Of a DNA stretch of 64,000 nt, positions 50,248 to 63,520 are shown in pieces; the first letter of the stretch is position 1, and each line of letters begins with the position of its first letter. Under the pieces are notes generated by a model. The model searched no databases and had not been told where the DNA came from. It worked only from the letters and a program-made list of their open reading frames with translations. Origin of the DNA: Antedon mediterranea (lineage: Eukaryota; Animalia; Echinodermata); contig NC_092673.1 in the NCBI RefSeq assembly GCF_964355755.1, positions 31,679,648 to 31,743,647 of the forward strand, in the 5' to 3' direction. The translations under genes and the position numbers were made by a program.

Positions 50248-53200
50248 TTAATGGCAATGTTCGTTTATATCAACCACGATAGCTTTTTTCCAGCCGAATA
50301 AGAAATATCCGAATCCAGCACCGAGGGCGACAGATATGCATAGCCAGCCGTTGTACGTCATGAAGATAAGCATAAGGAAGTAACTGATGGTTACTTGGAC
50401 AATATGTAAAAACGTCTGCAGAAAATGAGCACCACTCAACCAACGAGTTCTAAAAGAAAACAGACATTATATATTAGTTTTACACGATAAAATAAAACAT
50501 TACATTTTATTTCCACATTTGTGCAAATGACATTCCAATTACAACAATTGTTTTTATAGTATATTTGGGATATGTACCAACCATGTTTTTATGACGACAT
50601 ATCATCAGCTTAAAGTAAATACCGGAATACATATTGAGGGCACTTTACTTTTGTTAAGACAGTGGAACCGTAATTACGTAGCCATAACATCGACAAGGGT
50701 TTGAGGCTCACTCTCTCCATGGTTCTGGTGGTAGAACGAGTCTTCTCTGATAAGGACTACAAACCGTAGGTTCAGTGTACACATCTAGCTCATGTGCACT
50801 TTAAAGAACCTAGTACATCTTTCAAGACGAGTAAAGGGTTACCCCGGTGTACTAGTACATCACAGCCACTGATCATAACTGGGCCCTCTGGTAGAGCAGT
50901 CTTTGATTGAAGAGGTCGCCCAGTATAAATAAAATATTTCAATAACATGATTAGGTGGTACAGCAGGGTACATTCTCCTATCATAGTTGTCCTGTCTATT
51001 TGTAATTTCTACCATGGTTGTGGTACATAATACTTTAACCATGATTGTGGTAAACCATGGTTGTGGTATTATTTCAGCCATAGTTGTGGTACACTATGGT
51101 TGTGGTACAATATTCCAACCATGGTGTGGTACACTACTAGTTGTGGTGCATTTCAATACTTACTCTCCCGAACCATGTGTTTCTGTCAAAACAGTTTCAC
51201 TTCCTTTCGCAATTTGCATAGTCTTATAGCGTACGTTGACAACAGAACGACGCAGCAACGTCTCTCGCATCACTTTAAGTCCCTCATACAAGATGGCAAG
51301 AAAAAACACTGCAATGCATGATCCTACAAGGCCTATAAAAGAAATAAAGAAAAAGTTCTTAAATTAAAAATGATATTTCACTTGAATGAATGTATAAATG
51401 AACATTTTAGAAAAAATACAAACCAAATTTCAGTGAAATTGATAGGTGGGTCAGTCATTGACGTGGAATCCAGAGAGGAAGAGGCCAGCCTAGAAATATC
51501 TGGCAAAGGGACCAACAGGCAGACACCAAAAAGGCTGGCTTTGCATGGAGAGTCTTGGATAGAATAGCCAGATAGAAGACCTTACAGAACTAAAAAAATG
51601 ATTTTATGCTAGTTCCTTACCTCCAACTGAGCTGACTTCCCATTCTTCAAATAAAATTGTTACATGGGTACTAAGGTAGAACGTCATCTAAAAAGAATAA
51701 AATTTTATTAATTAACCATCATTAAAAAAAAATATTTAGTACTGCCAAGAAGACACAATCAATAAGTTCTTGTGTATAGTTTATTGGTTGTAAACAAATC
51801 TCATTATTTGCAGTTCTCCAAATAGATAAACACCGCCCTCAATCTAGAAAATGATCAACATAATTCATAGATTGTGTGGCAGAACTCTATTGACTTTTTC
51901 AAACAGTTGCTGAAAACTCATTGCCAATTTCTACCTAGTTTGAGCCTTGTGGTCATAGCGCTTTACAGACAATTCATTTTGGTTAGGCGCTATACAAAAG
52001 ACAATTATTATTAATTGGCTCCTGTGTACATTCATTCAGTTTCAAGACAATTCATGTACAGTACAGTATTTATCATATCTTTTTTTTTATATCCATGAAA
52101 AAACCAATAAACAATCGTGGCGAATCTCATAACATTAAATAAAATATAAAAATTGGATGTGTCAAATGTTATTGTACATTCTGTGTGTAAAGGAAATTAG
52201 GAATTAGCTAGTTACAGTATTGGCTGAAATCCAGACAACAAACACCATTTCACATTACATCATAGAGATATTTAGTTCACTAAAATAACGCTATGATATT
52301 ATCTTGCTTAAAAAGGTGTATACTGTATGTACAATTACAAACAGTGAGAGTTACCAGAAGACACAGTCAATGTTTACATTGTTGCTTCATATTGTAATTT
52401 AAGTACAGTATTTGACCTTTGTACATAAGTAGGTCAATTGGCGACATTTACATACCACTTAAAACATGAAAAGTATATTATTACCAAGAAAGAAACTATA
52501 AGTTAACTATTATAGCTTGGTTTACAAACTATGATGAAACGCATGACTGTAAGCACAGTGCAAGTAAATTGACCAATCACAACATCATGGATCATCCAAA
52601 CTGTCGCTGGTGATTGATCAACTCACTTGCGTTACCAGACAAAAAGGGTATACACCAATAGCAACGTACTACATTATTTGCAATTCATTACATATTATTA
52701 ATTATTTCTTAGTTTATTATAAATATACATCCCTTAAATCTTAAGATTAATGTATGTTGTGGTGTAAACATTCAGGTAGATTTGGGATTAATTTCTTTAA
52801 TCTTTTAATCGTAATGTTCAAACATTTTGATCACACAGCGAATGCATGCTCAAAATTACATAACAGTGTTGAGGTTATCAGATGTCTGAGTCATTAATAT
52901 GTTAGAAATATAGTTTAAGTAAATAGATGTCGACAGAAACATACTGTATGAAGCAATAGAGATGCATTTAGGTAGACTGACTGGTATTGTTTGGGCAAGG
53001 TACTTAGTGTTTACCCAAGTTGGAATACGTGACCAGTAGGCCTATGTGAAGGTCACTTTGAGCTATCGTGGTCCCACTAACAATGACGTTAGAGCCTGTT
53101 TTCCTGTCGACATTAGTCGACGCTATCATCGGCGCGATCTTCTACAAAAACAGTGAAATGTTAAAAAAGGTACTCGCTATCGTTATCATTTCAACTTGAT

Positions 53201-54204
53201 CGTTTTCAAACGATTGTCGTTGAACTGTTAACGAACAAAGACGTTAGCGTCGAATAACGTCGACAGGAAAAAAGGCTTTATAACATACCTGAGTGTATAT
53301 CCTTACTTTTTGATTCGTGTATTATTAGGTATCACATGTTGATCGTTATTTTGATACGTGCTCACGATTAGGTGGTACATTGCATGTTGAAGTATTTGTA
53401 CAAATATTGTGCAACAAAAGAATGGTAATTGTCTGTAACGTCTCTATTCAACAGCCAAATCTCGAGCACATTTTTTTTTTTTTTTTTTAATTATTTTCGT
53501 TAAAATTTTACATAAAAATACAAAAATCTGTTAAAAGGGTTAACATTTGGTAAAATACAGATAAAATACATGGTAAAAAATCAAAAAATTGGTGTGTGTA
53601 AGGGTACACTGTAGCATATAATAATCTATTTAGTCTTTGACATACAGTCATATACAGTGTGTATAAAACAAATAGTGAATGTTTTGTATTTGTGGAATTG
53701 ATAGAATACTTTCATTTATTAAAAGATGTATTTGGTCTATTCAATGATGCAATTTGCCAGTTCATCTATCAACTATGAAAATATTTTATCCATTTCACTC
53801 AGGTACATAACTATTTGTATGCTTAACCTCACTATATGGTCTCTGACCCTGCTTCTGCTGCAAGCAAATAACGGCTTTATTAATACTGGAGTAAAATAAA
53901 TTACCTCTACATTATTTCAGCAAACATTTCTAAACTATAAATATGTTGGAATACTAATGTGATCCAGTTTTTAGCTGCAAGGCAAAACCAAAGTTTGATA
54001 TACTTTGGTTTTTTATTTTTGTACCTGCATCATCATCGTATGACTATCACCATGATCTCCGTGGTCCATAGTATGGTCCATAGTGTGGTCCATATGTCCA
54101 GTATGGTCCATAGTATGGTCCATATGTCCAGAGTGGTCCATATGTCCAGTATGGTCCATTGTGTGGTTCATTGGCATTGCTGTTGTATTCATATCCATAT
54201 TCAT
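50248..54204 (-). CDS. SLC31A1: High-affinity copper uptake protein 1 (CTR1), 4 coding exons, 205 aa
   Basis: Exons 54204-54025, 51687-51621, 51332-51164, 50449-50248 join in frame (618 nt). Met/His-rich N-terminus, [15 protein letters not shown], MxxxM (MLIFM) TYN, GxxxG (GAGFG), C-terminal HCH. Confidence 0.95.
50653..50932 (+). mobile_element. Second, 5'-truncated copy of the tRNA/Deu-type SINE in a CTR1 intron
   Basis: Collinear with 20888-21165. Confidence 0.82.
51011..51150. repeat. Intronic minisatellite of ccatggttgtggtac-like units
   Basis: About 7 degenerate copies ending next to the donor of CTR1 coding exon 3. Confidence 0.7.
53091..53279. mobile_element. Small MITE (PIF/Harbinger-like)
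   Basis: agagcctgttttcctgtcgac...gtcgacaggaaaaaaggcttt inverted ends extending about 35 bp. Confidence 0.6.
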
Positions 54205-57200
54205 TTTCTGAAACAAGATCATGTTTAATATACATAATACATATCTACTCTAATTTGAATAATAAAATACAATTTTTAAGATGAAAAAATTGTTTTTAAA
54301 CTGAAATCCAACATAAAATAAGCATGTAATATAAGCAGGAGCACCTCAGCTGATTCCTTCCATAAATGTTCCAATGATTTTAATTTTACTCATAAAAAAA
54401 AATATACAGTAGTCAAAAGTATGTTCCAAATAGTTTCTGCAATGATGACCTGCACTGAGCTAAGTCAAGCAGAAAGTCAACAGCATTCAACCACAATTCC
54501 ATCGTAACATAGTAATCTGATTGGTCCAATTAGTTTATGTTTCCTATTAATATGGTAGTATCTCTTTTACGCCGATGGTAGAATTCAAGTATTAAGAGAA
54601 AACATTAAGATTACTGGGGTAGTCAGTGGAGGATCCAGGATTTTTAAATATAGGGAGGGGGGAGGGGCAGGGCCTAAAAATAGTGAAAAAAATGGCTGAG
54701 CTTAATTGTATGTCCAATCTTTTGCATTATAATTTGGATCAACCACTGATAATATTTGCCGGTAAAATTTGTTTTTACATGACCTGGCAGGAAAAAAAAC
54801 TGCTAGTTCCTGGCCAAGTTTTTGTGTTTAAATAAAGTAATTATTATAATATAAGTGACCTAACAGGAGAAAAGATATGGAAGGTTGGATACTGTAACTG
54901 AGCTAACGTAGTGCCAACAGGGTGTGGTCAATTTAACTAGGTCGCCCATATATTCTTACATACAACAGTCCTAGAAGTGGAATTCAAATCAACTTTCCCA
55001 AAAATAGGATTCAATTGTTAAATAAATATGGTTTTCATATCAAATCGTTGAAGATATATTATTATACCAGCAGGAGGTCTATGTTGAACAAAATCATAAA
55101 ATACAATTCCAGTTGTTCATTTAATGACAAGTGTGCTATGCCAGTGGAGAAACAAAGCAGCCATGTCCTTTTGTCTATTACAAACTTTTCAACTAAATAA
55201 TTATAAATCAAAGTTTTGTACATTTTTAAATCATCATAAACCAGGTCCTAACAACTATACATGAAGAAGAAGGAATTGGATTACACTCGAATAATAAATT
55301 TAAAGGATGCCCGAATTTAGCTAAATTAGGTGATGGGATTATACCATATGTGAGCATGGAATTATACTTGGTCAATAAAAAAACATATTTTTTACCATCA
55401 ATTTTAGGAAAACATATGACCAATGAAGAGAAATTTACCAGCTTCCAATACCACCTCGCACCTCCAAATAATTAGCAATGATGAATAACAACAGGTCTGT
55501 TAACCAAAAGGAATCAGTTAACATTTTCAGATAGTGAGTTTCAATAATAATAATACGTAAATAAATTTACCTGGTCGGTAAACAATTGGTATCTTTGGTT
55601 ACTAAACCATTAACTTGAGAATGTCTACTTGTCACGTAGAACAATTTTCATAAAAATATGTGATATTAATATAATTTATAAAACGGAAAGATCTAATGAC
55701 ATTTACAGATGTTTCAAATTTTCTGATGAATATTTTGTCATCAGTATAGTTTGTAGGTGGTGTTCATTTTCTCTCCATATGGACTTAAATATAAAAATAA
55801 TATGTCATTAGTTACAATGATGTCATGCTTTCCTGTTCACCTGGCATTCTCTTTAAAAGGTGTCCATATGGAATAACAACAATTAGACCCACAGAGAATA
55901 AACATGATCTTTTAAAAGCGTTCATGTATGGCATAATTATCGCTGCGTAGGTTCCATTTATAAATGCTAATTAAACTTGTAATCAAAACAATTGCTGTGT
56001 ATTACTATCTAGTAGTAGTACAGAATAACTCTTCTAGACAAATCTCTCTCAAATTATAATTATAAAATCCATCAACATTTCATGTTCTTTAATTTTATAT
56101 AACAAAATTCTATTGATGATAATTAAACAGTTCAACATTTGATAACAAAAATGTAATGGTGTAATACCCTATACAGTACTAAAGTGCTACTTATAATGCA
56201 CTACATTATAGTTCATCATTCTAATTTACTGTCAAAACTTACTACTGTATGAAAATAATCAAAATATCAAATATAGTTATCTAATGTGATTTTTACAATT
56301 TTCTGTTCTTTGAATACATAAAACAAAATTCTATTATAATAACTCAAAATTATTTAGTATTTTTATTTAAATTGATGATGCAATATAGTCAGTTCTAATG
56401 GATTTCAGAAATCTAAATCCGCTAATCAAAAATCTTACAAAAAATAATCCAACTTATAATCAGTTTATAGTGTTTGATCTTTATGGTTTCCTGTTCTTTG
56501 ATTTAGTAAAACCACAGATTAAATTTAAGATCAGTAGAAAGTGCTGGACTACAATGATATTTAATTTAAACGAAACAAATTTAATTTTTAATAAATCATG
56601 TTATTAAACCCTTATAATAGCATTTGAAATATTGTTAAGAACTAACAATACAATATTATTTATTCAGAGTTTTTCTGAAATCTATCAATCGGAATTACAA
56701 AACTGTATACATGTAATTTATTTTTACTAACTATTTCTGGAAATAAAATTGCAGATACAATAGAACACACTATTAAGGGGACACCTCCATTAAAAGGACA
56801 CTTTCTTGCGTTGTAAAATGAATGACAGTAAATATATTTAATTTTAATTTAGATTAGATTTAACACATATCAAAATAATCTTAGCTTATGTATATACTGA
56901 TTAACACAGAAAATCCCTATTCAGGGGACATCACTATTAAGTAAACACTTTTTTTCAGTTCAGGTGTTCCTTAGAAATGATATTCAAAATAATATTTTTC
57001 CTCTTTACTTTATACCAGAAAGATTATTTGTTAAACAGATGTTTTGATAGTAAACTGTTTTATAATTAATGCCAATATTAACAAAGCTGAATCTTTAGGG
57101 AGCATTGTATAAATTAGCACATTCAAATATAAGCTGGTACTACCAGTTACTGTAAATATAGATAAATAGAAACATTGTTGTTATGATTTTCTAATAAACT

Positions 57201-58041
57201 TGGCAATATAAATTACACACAGTAGGGCCTACATGTTTTGAAAACATAATGGATACATTTTATGGTTTTATTGTAATATAATAATACAGAATAATAATGA
57301 AGATTATCTTATTCTATGATCATGTGATTACAGTCCATTGTTGCATAAGAAAACCTTGTGAAGTGTGTAATTGTGTAAAATGATTTCATTGATAACAAAT
57401 ATTCTATTGGCGTCCAACAGTACAGTGGAAAATCTGTTTTGTTATTATGGGATCAAAGTGGGTATATAAAATAGAGATGACATACATTCTATGTTGCCGT
57501 AGGTCTATTTGTACACCACACAATGCACAGTTAATGTCAAAAAGAGGATTTACTACTGTATATTATAAAGAATGTTGTTTTTTAATTGAAATGTTTATAA
57601 AAATTTAAAAACTTATTTTAATGACATCATTTGCGGATTGGGTAAAAAATTATACGCCGTGGCTAAAGATACGGTACCGTATTCTAACTTCTGTTTACTA
57701 AAGGTACGGTAAAATTGCATTACGTCATAACCAGCCAATGGGGTGCTGGTACGTGTGTGACGTCATCGTATAAGGACTTTGTGGATTTTTTTCATATCGC
57801 GAAAACAGTGTGATCAACCGCATTTTCTTGATGCTTTATTTATCGCTATTATCGCCGTCGTGTGTGACAAAAACTAAATGTAGCCTACGTCTGTTATTAT
57901 TATTGAAAAGCCAAAACATGTTGATTTTAATTCTAGAATACAGAAAACCGTTTCAAAAGAGGCCTAGGCCTACTTATTACGTACTATAACCTCATTATAT
58001 GAGTTTAATTGTTTGTGTAGAGAGGGAAAGCGATGCCAGGC

Positions 58042-61000
58042 GGTGTACATCGTGTTCGGCCGCAAACGGTTTCGGCCGCAATGTTTTGAATGCCCATATA
58101 AGGCGTTAAGATTGTTAAGATTGTATATAATAAAATAATTTTCATTTTTCTCTATCTGTGATGAATCTAACTGTATCTGAAAAGAAATCGTAATATTATA
58201 TACAATAATACAAATGTAGAGAAAAATCGGTAAAGCAATGCACCCCTATTTTTTTAATGGAATAAGCCACGGAGATCGCTAATCTAAACAATGCATTTAA
58301 TATAAACAATGCAAGCAAGCCTGGCGTTCCATACTAAATACATGCGGCCGAACACGACGGTGTACATCGTGTTCGGCCGCAAACGGTTTCGGCCGCAATG
58401 TTTTGAATGCCCATATAAGGCGCTATGTATGGAGCGCCAACCATGCATCAACTTCAGTTTGTTCTGCTGGTCTTTTCATTGGGTTATTCCATTCAAAAAA
58501 TGTGGGTGCATTCTATTCTAACGTGATCGATCGAAATTGACCGACATAAAATGTACGGCGTATTATATTACTTTCTGTGATATAAGTATTATTTAGAATG
58601 CTGTGGTGTGGATATATATACGTTTATTATTATTATAATAATAATTTTAAACGGGCAATAAACTTGTACTTGTGTCTTGTACATTTACTCTTGCAGGCCT
58701 AATGTGTTCTAATAAAAACAGAAATGACCATTAAATCAGTTAATAATACATTAAGTATTTTAAAACTCTGGTTATATAGGCCTAATTGTATGTCTAATAA
58801 TATTGTATATTATCAACAATACTTAAATAAGCCTATGCCTTCGTAAGAAAATAGGAGGAACAAAATAACATTACAGTATTTCGAAATTCCTTTTTTATAG
58901 CGATTTTTGGAAAAATTAATATTTAGTAAGGCTTGAATTATTTCAGGATTATACAGTTCCACATTAAAACCTACCAACATTGGATTGCGAAAACTCTGAA
59001 AAGGCTACTACTGCTATTGTTTTAAAACAATGAGGGAGTGTCTTGAATTCCATCTTAGACAATGAAGGTGGTGTAGCATGGTTGTTTTTTATTAACATAA
59101 CAATGAAATGTGTTACGTTTCGTGTCTTCAATTTGTTGAAGTGTTATTAACAGCAAAGTTAAATATAAAAATAATGGTGAATTATTTTATGTTTTTAATA
59201 ATTGGAGGGAAGCTAGCTTGCTTGTTGTATGTGATTAATGGAGATGTTGATATTAATGTTACATTTTATTATGTTATTTATCCAATATTTACTATTTTTA
59301 TAAATTGTCACGATTGTTGTAATTCAGTTTGTTAACTGCAAGAACAATTTAAATAAATAAACCTTGCTTATTATTGTTGTTGCGTCCGTTTTCACTTACG
59401 TTTCTTTTCTTACGTTATGTTAATATAATATGTTCTTTATTGGTTTTATATTTATTTTACTCTGTACAGTATTTGTAAAAATAAATGTTAATAAATTGAG
59501 GTATACATTACAAATTATAACTTATAGAAGTGCATATCCTTAAATTAATCTAATGACAGTACTGTATATAACTTGCATTCCTTTCAGTCTTAAATATAAT
59601 CGTTGGGGCACATTTTCCGACCGGTACAAAAATGAAAACATTTCATTTTCTTATGTCATTATTTATAATTCAATCTTTATATAAGAAAAAAGAAAGCATG
59701 ATTTTATGTTCAATATCACAAAATACACATTAAATCTCATTTGATTTATAAATAACATTTTGTTGTACTTAGTTAATAATAAAACGTCAGATATTTAAGG
59801 TAAGGTAAGTGATCTAAGTATAACATCGAAACTTTGCTGTATAATGTCTAATTTCATAACGTGATTCACTAGTTATTACAAAAGTTAGTAAAAAGACTTA
59901 AAAAAAAAACAGTTGTTTGTTTGATTTCATCGTAGTGTTACATGAAAAAGGAAATTTTGTAAATATATAATTTTGTGTGTTTTCGCTTCCATCGTTATTC
60001 ATTTTGGTTTGATTTATTACAGTTAGGCCTCTAAAGTTAAAGTTTAAAAGTATAGTCACCTACAAAAAGCGCATGATGACACAAGCGCAGTCGGTTACTT
60101 GCAAGAAATTTGGCTAAACAATGACCATTATTTATTAATAACGCTTTTAAGTTAGGCGTTTACCGTCACACAATACACACACACAAAATTCGGTACATTT
60201 TAAGGATTCTTTTTTTGTAATCGGTAAAACAATAACCGGAGCATGGAGGTCAATGACCGGAGTGCGCGCATCTTTATAAGAGAACCTCATTTTAGGGAAT
60301 ATTACTTATTTCTGAATTGCCATCTGAATTGTTAACTACACTTTTACTGATTATCTACGAACCATGAACGATTGTATTTGAATGTCGCGAACCCGTAACG
60401 GAACAGCAAGAAGGACCGTTTTGCGAAGAGTGTCAGAGATGGCAACATCGTCGGTGTGACTCAGGAGTGAAAAGAGGAGCAGCGTACAGGTTAGCCGTCG
60501 AAGAGGGTTTTATTGATTGGACATGTAGAGACTGTGCTCCAGAAAACAACGTCCAACCGGTGCCGCAACTAGAGATTTTTGCAGCCGACCTTGGAGACTT
60601 TTTGGAACCAATCGTTCATAGAAGAAGAGGTACTGAATCTTTACCCTGAACCGCAACCAATACAAGAGATGCCTGCTGTTGATGATGACATCGTTACTTA
60701 TCGGCGATTAGCAGGAACAACAAAACGTGGGAATGTAAGTTCTTAAAATATTTATAATCTATTCTTTGTAAATTTTTTTTTTATTATCGCATTTTCTTGT
60801 GAAAACCAACTTAACCTTCTGTTGTTTCAGGACTCGCTTGTAGACAGTCATGGGTACCAATATACAGAGAAGATTGATAAAAGACGGGCAAATACAACAT
60901 GGAGATGTTTTCTCAGAAACAAGAATGTGACGTGCAAAGCAACAGTGTTGGAGAAGAATGGAGTTGAAACATTGTGGGACGAGTACCGCGAGGGCCAACG

Positions 61001-61816
61001 TAGTGTACGTTCTCAAATGCTTGCCGCGAGTAAACTTATCACTCGTGATGCTCGCGTTGAATAGTGCTAATGTTATGTATGTTAGTTAAATTAGTTAACA
61101 AATTAGTAAAAATCGTATGTTAGTAATAAACATTAAATATAATTTTTAAATATTTGCAAAATACGTTAGTTAAGAACTTTTGTAAAATAACATGTTATTG
61201 CTAGAAATAAAGTCAATTTTAATGTATGTAAAGAAGTAAGATATTAGTAAAAATCGTATGTTAGTAATAAACATTAAAAAAGATATTGTTTCATTGTTAC
61301 ATTTTAAACTATTTGCAAACTATATTACTTATTAGTTAAGTAGTTTTGTAATATAACATGTTATTACTAGTAATAAAGTCAATTTTAATGCATGCTAGTG
61401 GTTAGGCCTATATATGAAAAAAACAATTATAAATATAAATGTTATATTATATGTTTATTTATAAAATATGGTAGTTAAGTTAATTCGTTTGTAAATTCTC
61501 AAACTTATAACATGTCTAAATAAAAATACAGGAATTGATAATAAATGTGTTAAGATTGTATATAATAAAATAATTTTCATTTTTCTCTATCTGTGATGAA
61601 TCTAACTGTATCTGAAAAGAAATCGTAATATTCTATACAATAATACAAATGTAGAGAAAAATCGGTAAAGCAATGCACCCCTATTTTTTTAATGGAATAA
61701 GCCACGGAGATCGCTAATCTAAACAATGCATTTAATATAAACAATGCAAGCAAGCCTGGCGTTCCATACTAAATACATGCAGCCGAACTCGTTGGCGGCC
61801 GAACAAGACGGTATTC
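58042..61816 (+). mobile_element. Internally deleted MULE-type transposon with a head-to-tail mini-copy at its left end
   Basis: 8-bp TSD tgccaggc (58034-58041, 61817-61824); imperfect TIR core tgttcggccgc; 58042-58105 repeats at 58359-58422 and 58114-58350 repeats at about 61550-61790. Confidence 0.8.
60364..61064 (+). pseudogene. Remnant PHD finger - FLYWCH - (MULE DDE deleted) transposase gene
   Basis: C..C...CEECQRWQHRRC...WTCRDC (PHD, frameshifted); intron 60735-60830; DSHGYQY...TTWRC...CKATV (FLYWCH, truncated) fused to LWDEYREGQRS, a C-terminus seen in such transposases. Confidence 0.7.
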
Positions 61817-62599
61817 TGCCAGGCTGGGGCCAGCTACATGTGTGCGCTGATTTCTGTGACTCGTCAGCCCTGGGACTACTGTCTAAATCATAGTATTTGA
61901 GGGCCCCTTTATTGTCCGCATTTGCTTGTTGTTTATGGTCACCATTGTACAAACAAAGTTTAATAAAAAATATAGGCCTAAATAGGCCATTTGGAATAAA
62001 AATAAAACCCTCGTCTGCAGCGCACACACATCCACACAGCCTGGCGCCGCCGATAGGAATTCTACATATAATACAACAGACACGATATGAAAAAAAATCC
62101 CAAGTCCTTATACAATGACGTCACACACGTACCAGCACCCCATTGGCTGAATATGACGTAATGCAATGTTACCGTACCTTTAGTAAACAGAAGTTAGAAT
62201 ACGGTACCGTATCTTTAGCCACGGCGGTATTAATTAATATTGCATTCAATTCAATGCTACAGTTACAGTATGTGCGATGTCCTTCTTGTGCGTCCGTCGC
62301 CTTGCAAATAACGCAATGTGTTTGTTCGTAAAACCATATCACATATTAACTCCATTGGCGAAAACGCGTAAGCTTGTTCATAGATAAAGTCATGTTTTTT
62401 GATAACATAACGATTAAAATCGAAATCTTTTTTTGGAATCTGTAAATTCAAGGTGTTATCACGATTTTGGTCGGATTTTGAGGACACTACCATTTTGTAG
62501 GGTCTTCACTTTCGAGGTCTTCGCTTTCGACACACCCTACCTACTATGACATGCATGCCTATATAACATGACACTTGATATCATTTTAAATCATACAAG

Positions 62600-63520
62600 C
62601 CTACCGCCGACCGGGCCATACCAGGCGTAGATTAGTAGTATGAACGCTATGTATTCAGGCCTAGGCTAGGCCTACTTAGGATGGGCTTACTTCTCAACCA
62701 ACCTCCTGCTTAACTCTACCACTACTGTCACTCTAGTAGTACTAGTAGGTTAGGCAGGCCTGCCTGGTGTCGCGGCCTGGTCACTACTACGAGTAGGCCT
62801 AGCTAGCTAGGACGGCCTAGCTTCGCCTTATTGTATTTGTAGGCCTCATTATAGAGTACCTAGATATACATCGACACTAACTTTCATACAGTAAAACAAC
62901 TCACTTCTTTTTATTGTATGGATCAAATTGAAAATAAAAAAAAAGTTAAATTTAAAATACTGTTAATGACGCTCTGAATATACCTCCAATACCATATTTT
63001 TATAGTAATTTCTGAGAATGATTCAAAATTAAAGATAAATATCGCATTTCCTTATTTTAGTAGTGCAAATATTGTTATAAGTTAGCATACCGTCGAAGAA
63101 CCGAAGAAGGAAAACGAAGCGGTGGTGTTCCACCAGGCGGGCGGCCGGCTGCGATTTTTTTTTTCGTACATAAGTTGGGGACCCTCTCATGAAACGTCAC
63201 AAAATAAACATGAATAATTCATGATTAAATTTTCTTGTTCCGTGTGCACCCAAGCGTATAGCAACAAGAAGTGGTTACACAAGTGCGGTACGATTCTAGG
63301 CCTATCTCCGCTGTTGTTGCGGCGTGCGATTTCATAGAAGAATAGCGGCGTTTTGTGTGGATTGTCGAAATAATCAGCCTTTAGTTTATGGTGTTTTTAA
63401 TATAATTTATTACTAAAGAATTACGTGTTAAAATTATAATTTCTATTAACATTATTAGGCCTAATTATTAGTCTCTAAACCCATGTCTATTCTAGGCCTA
63501 GTAGTAGCTGTGTGGGTGTG
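62600..63520. promoter_or_regulatory. Possible CpG-richer promoter region (CTR1 5' end and/or a divergent gene)
   Basis: Local rise in GC/CpG, ggcgggcggc at about 63136, flanking AGGCCT clusters, candidate minus-strand donor near 62983. No transcript evidence. Confidence 0.3.

Larger units (their letters stand above)
57653..62229. mobile_element. Non-autonomous DNA transposon with about 150-bp TIRs, host of a nested MULE
   Basis: 57655-57800 is the near-perfect reverse complement of 62083-62226. TSD is ambiguous (TA or TTA). Confidence 0.85.

Noticed and set aside
53289-53380. Alternative coding first exon of CTR1
   Set aside because: A minus-strand donor exists but the frame from the nearest ATG hits a stop before it; unsupported without RNA data
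53959-54235. Overlapping ORFs 53959-54228 (+) and 54047-54235 (-, YGP repeats)
   Set aside because: Alternative frames of the CTR1 MDH minisatellite; only the Met/His frame splices into CTR1
56757-56975. Tigger/Tc1-like MITE remnant
   Set aside because: ggggacac motifs are suggestive but the TIRs and TSD are too decayed to define
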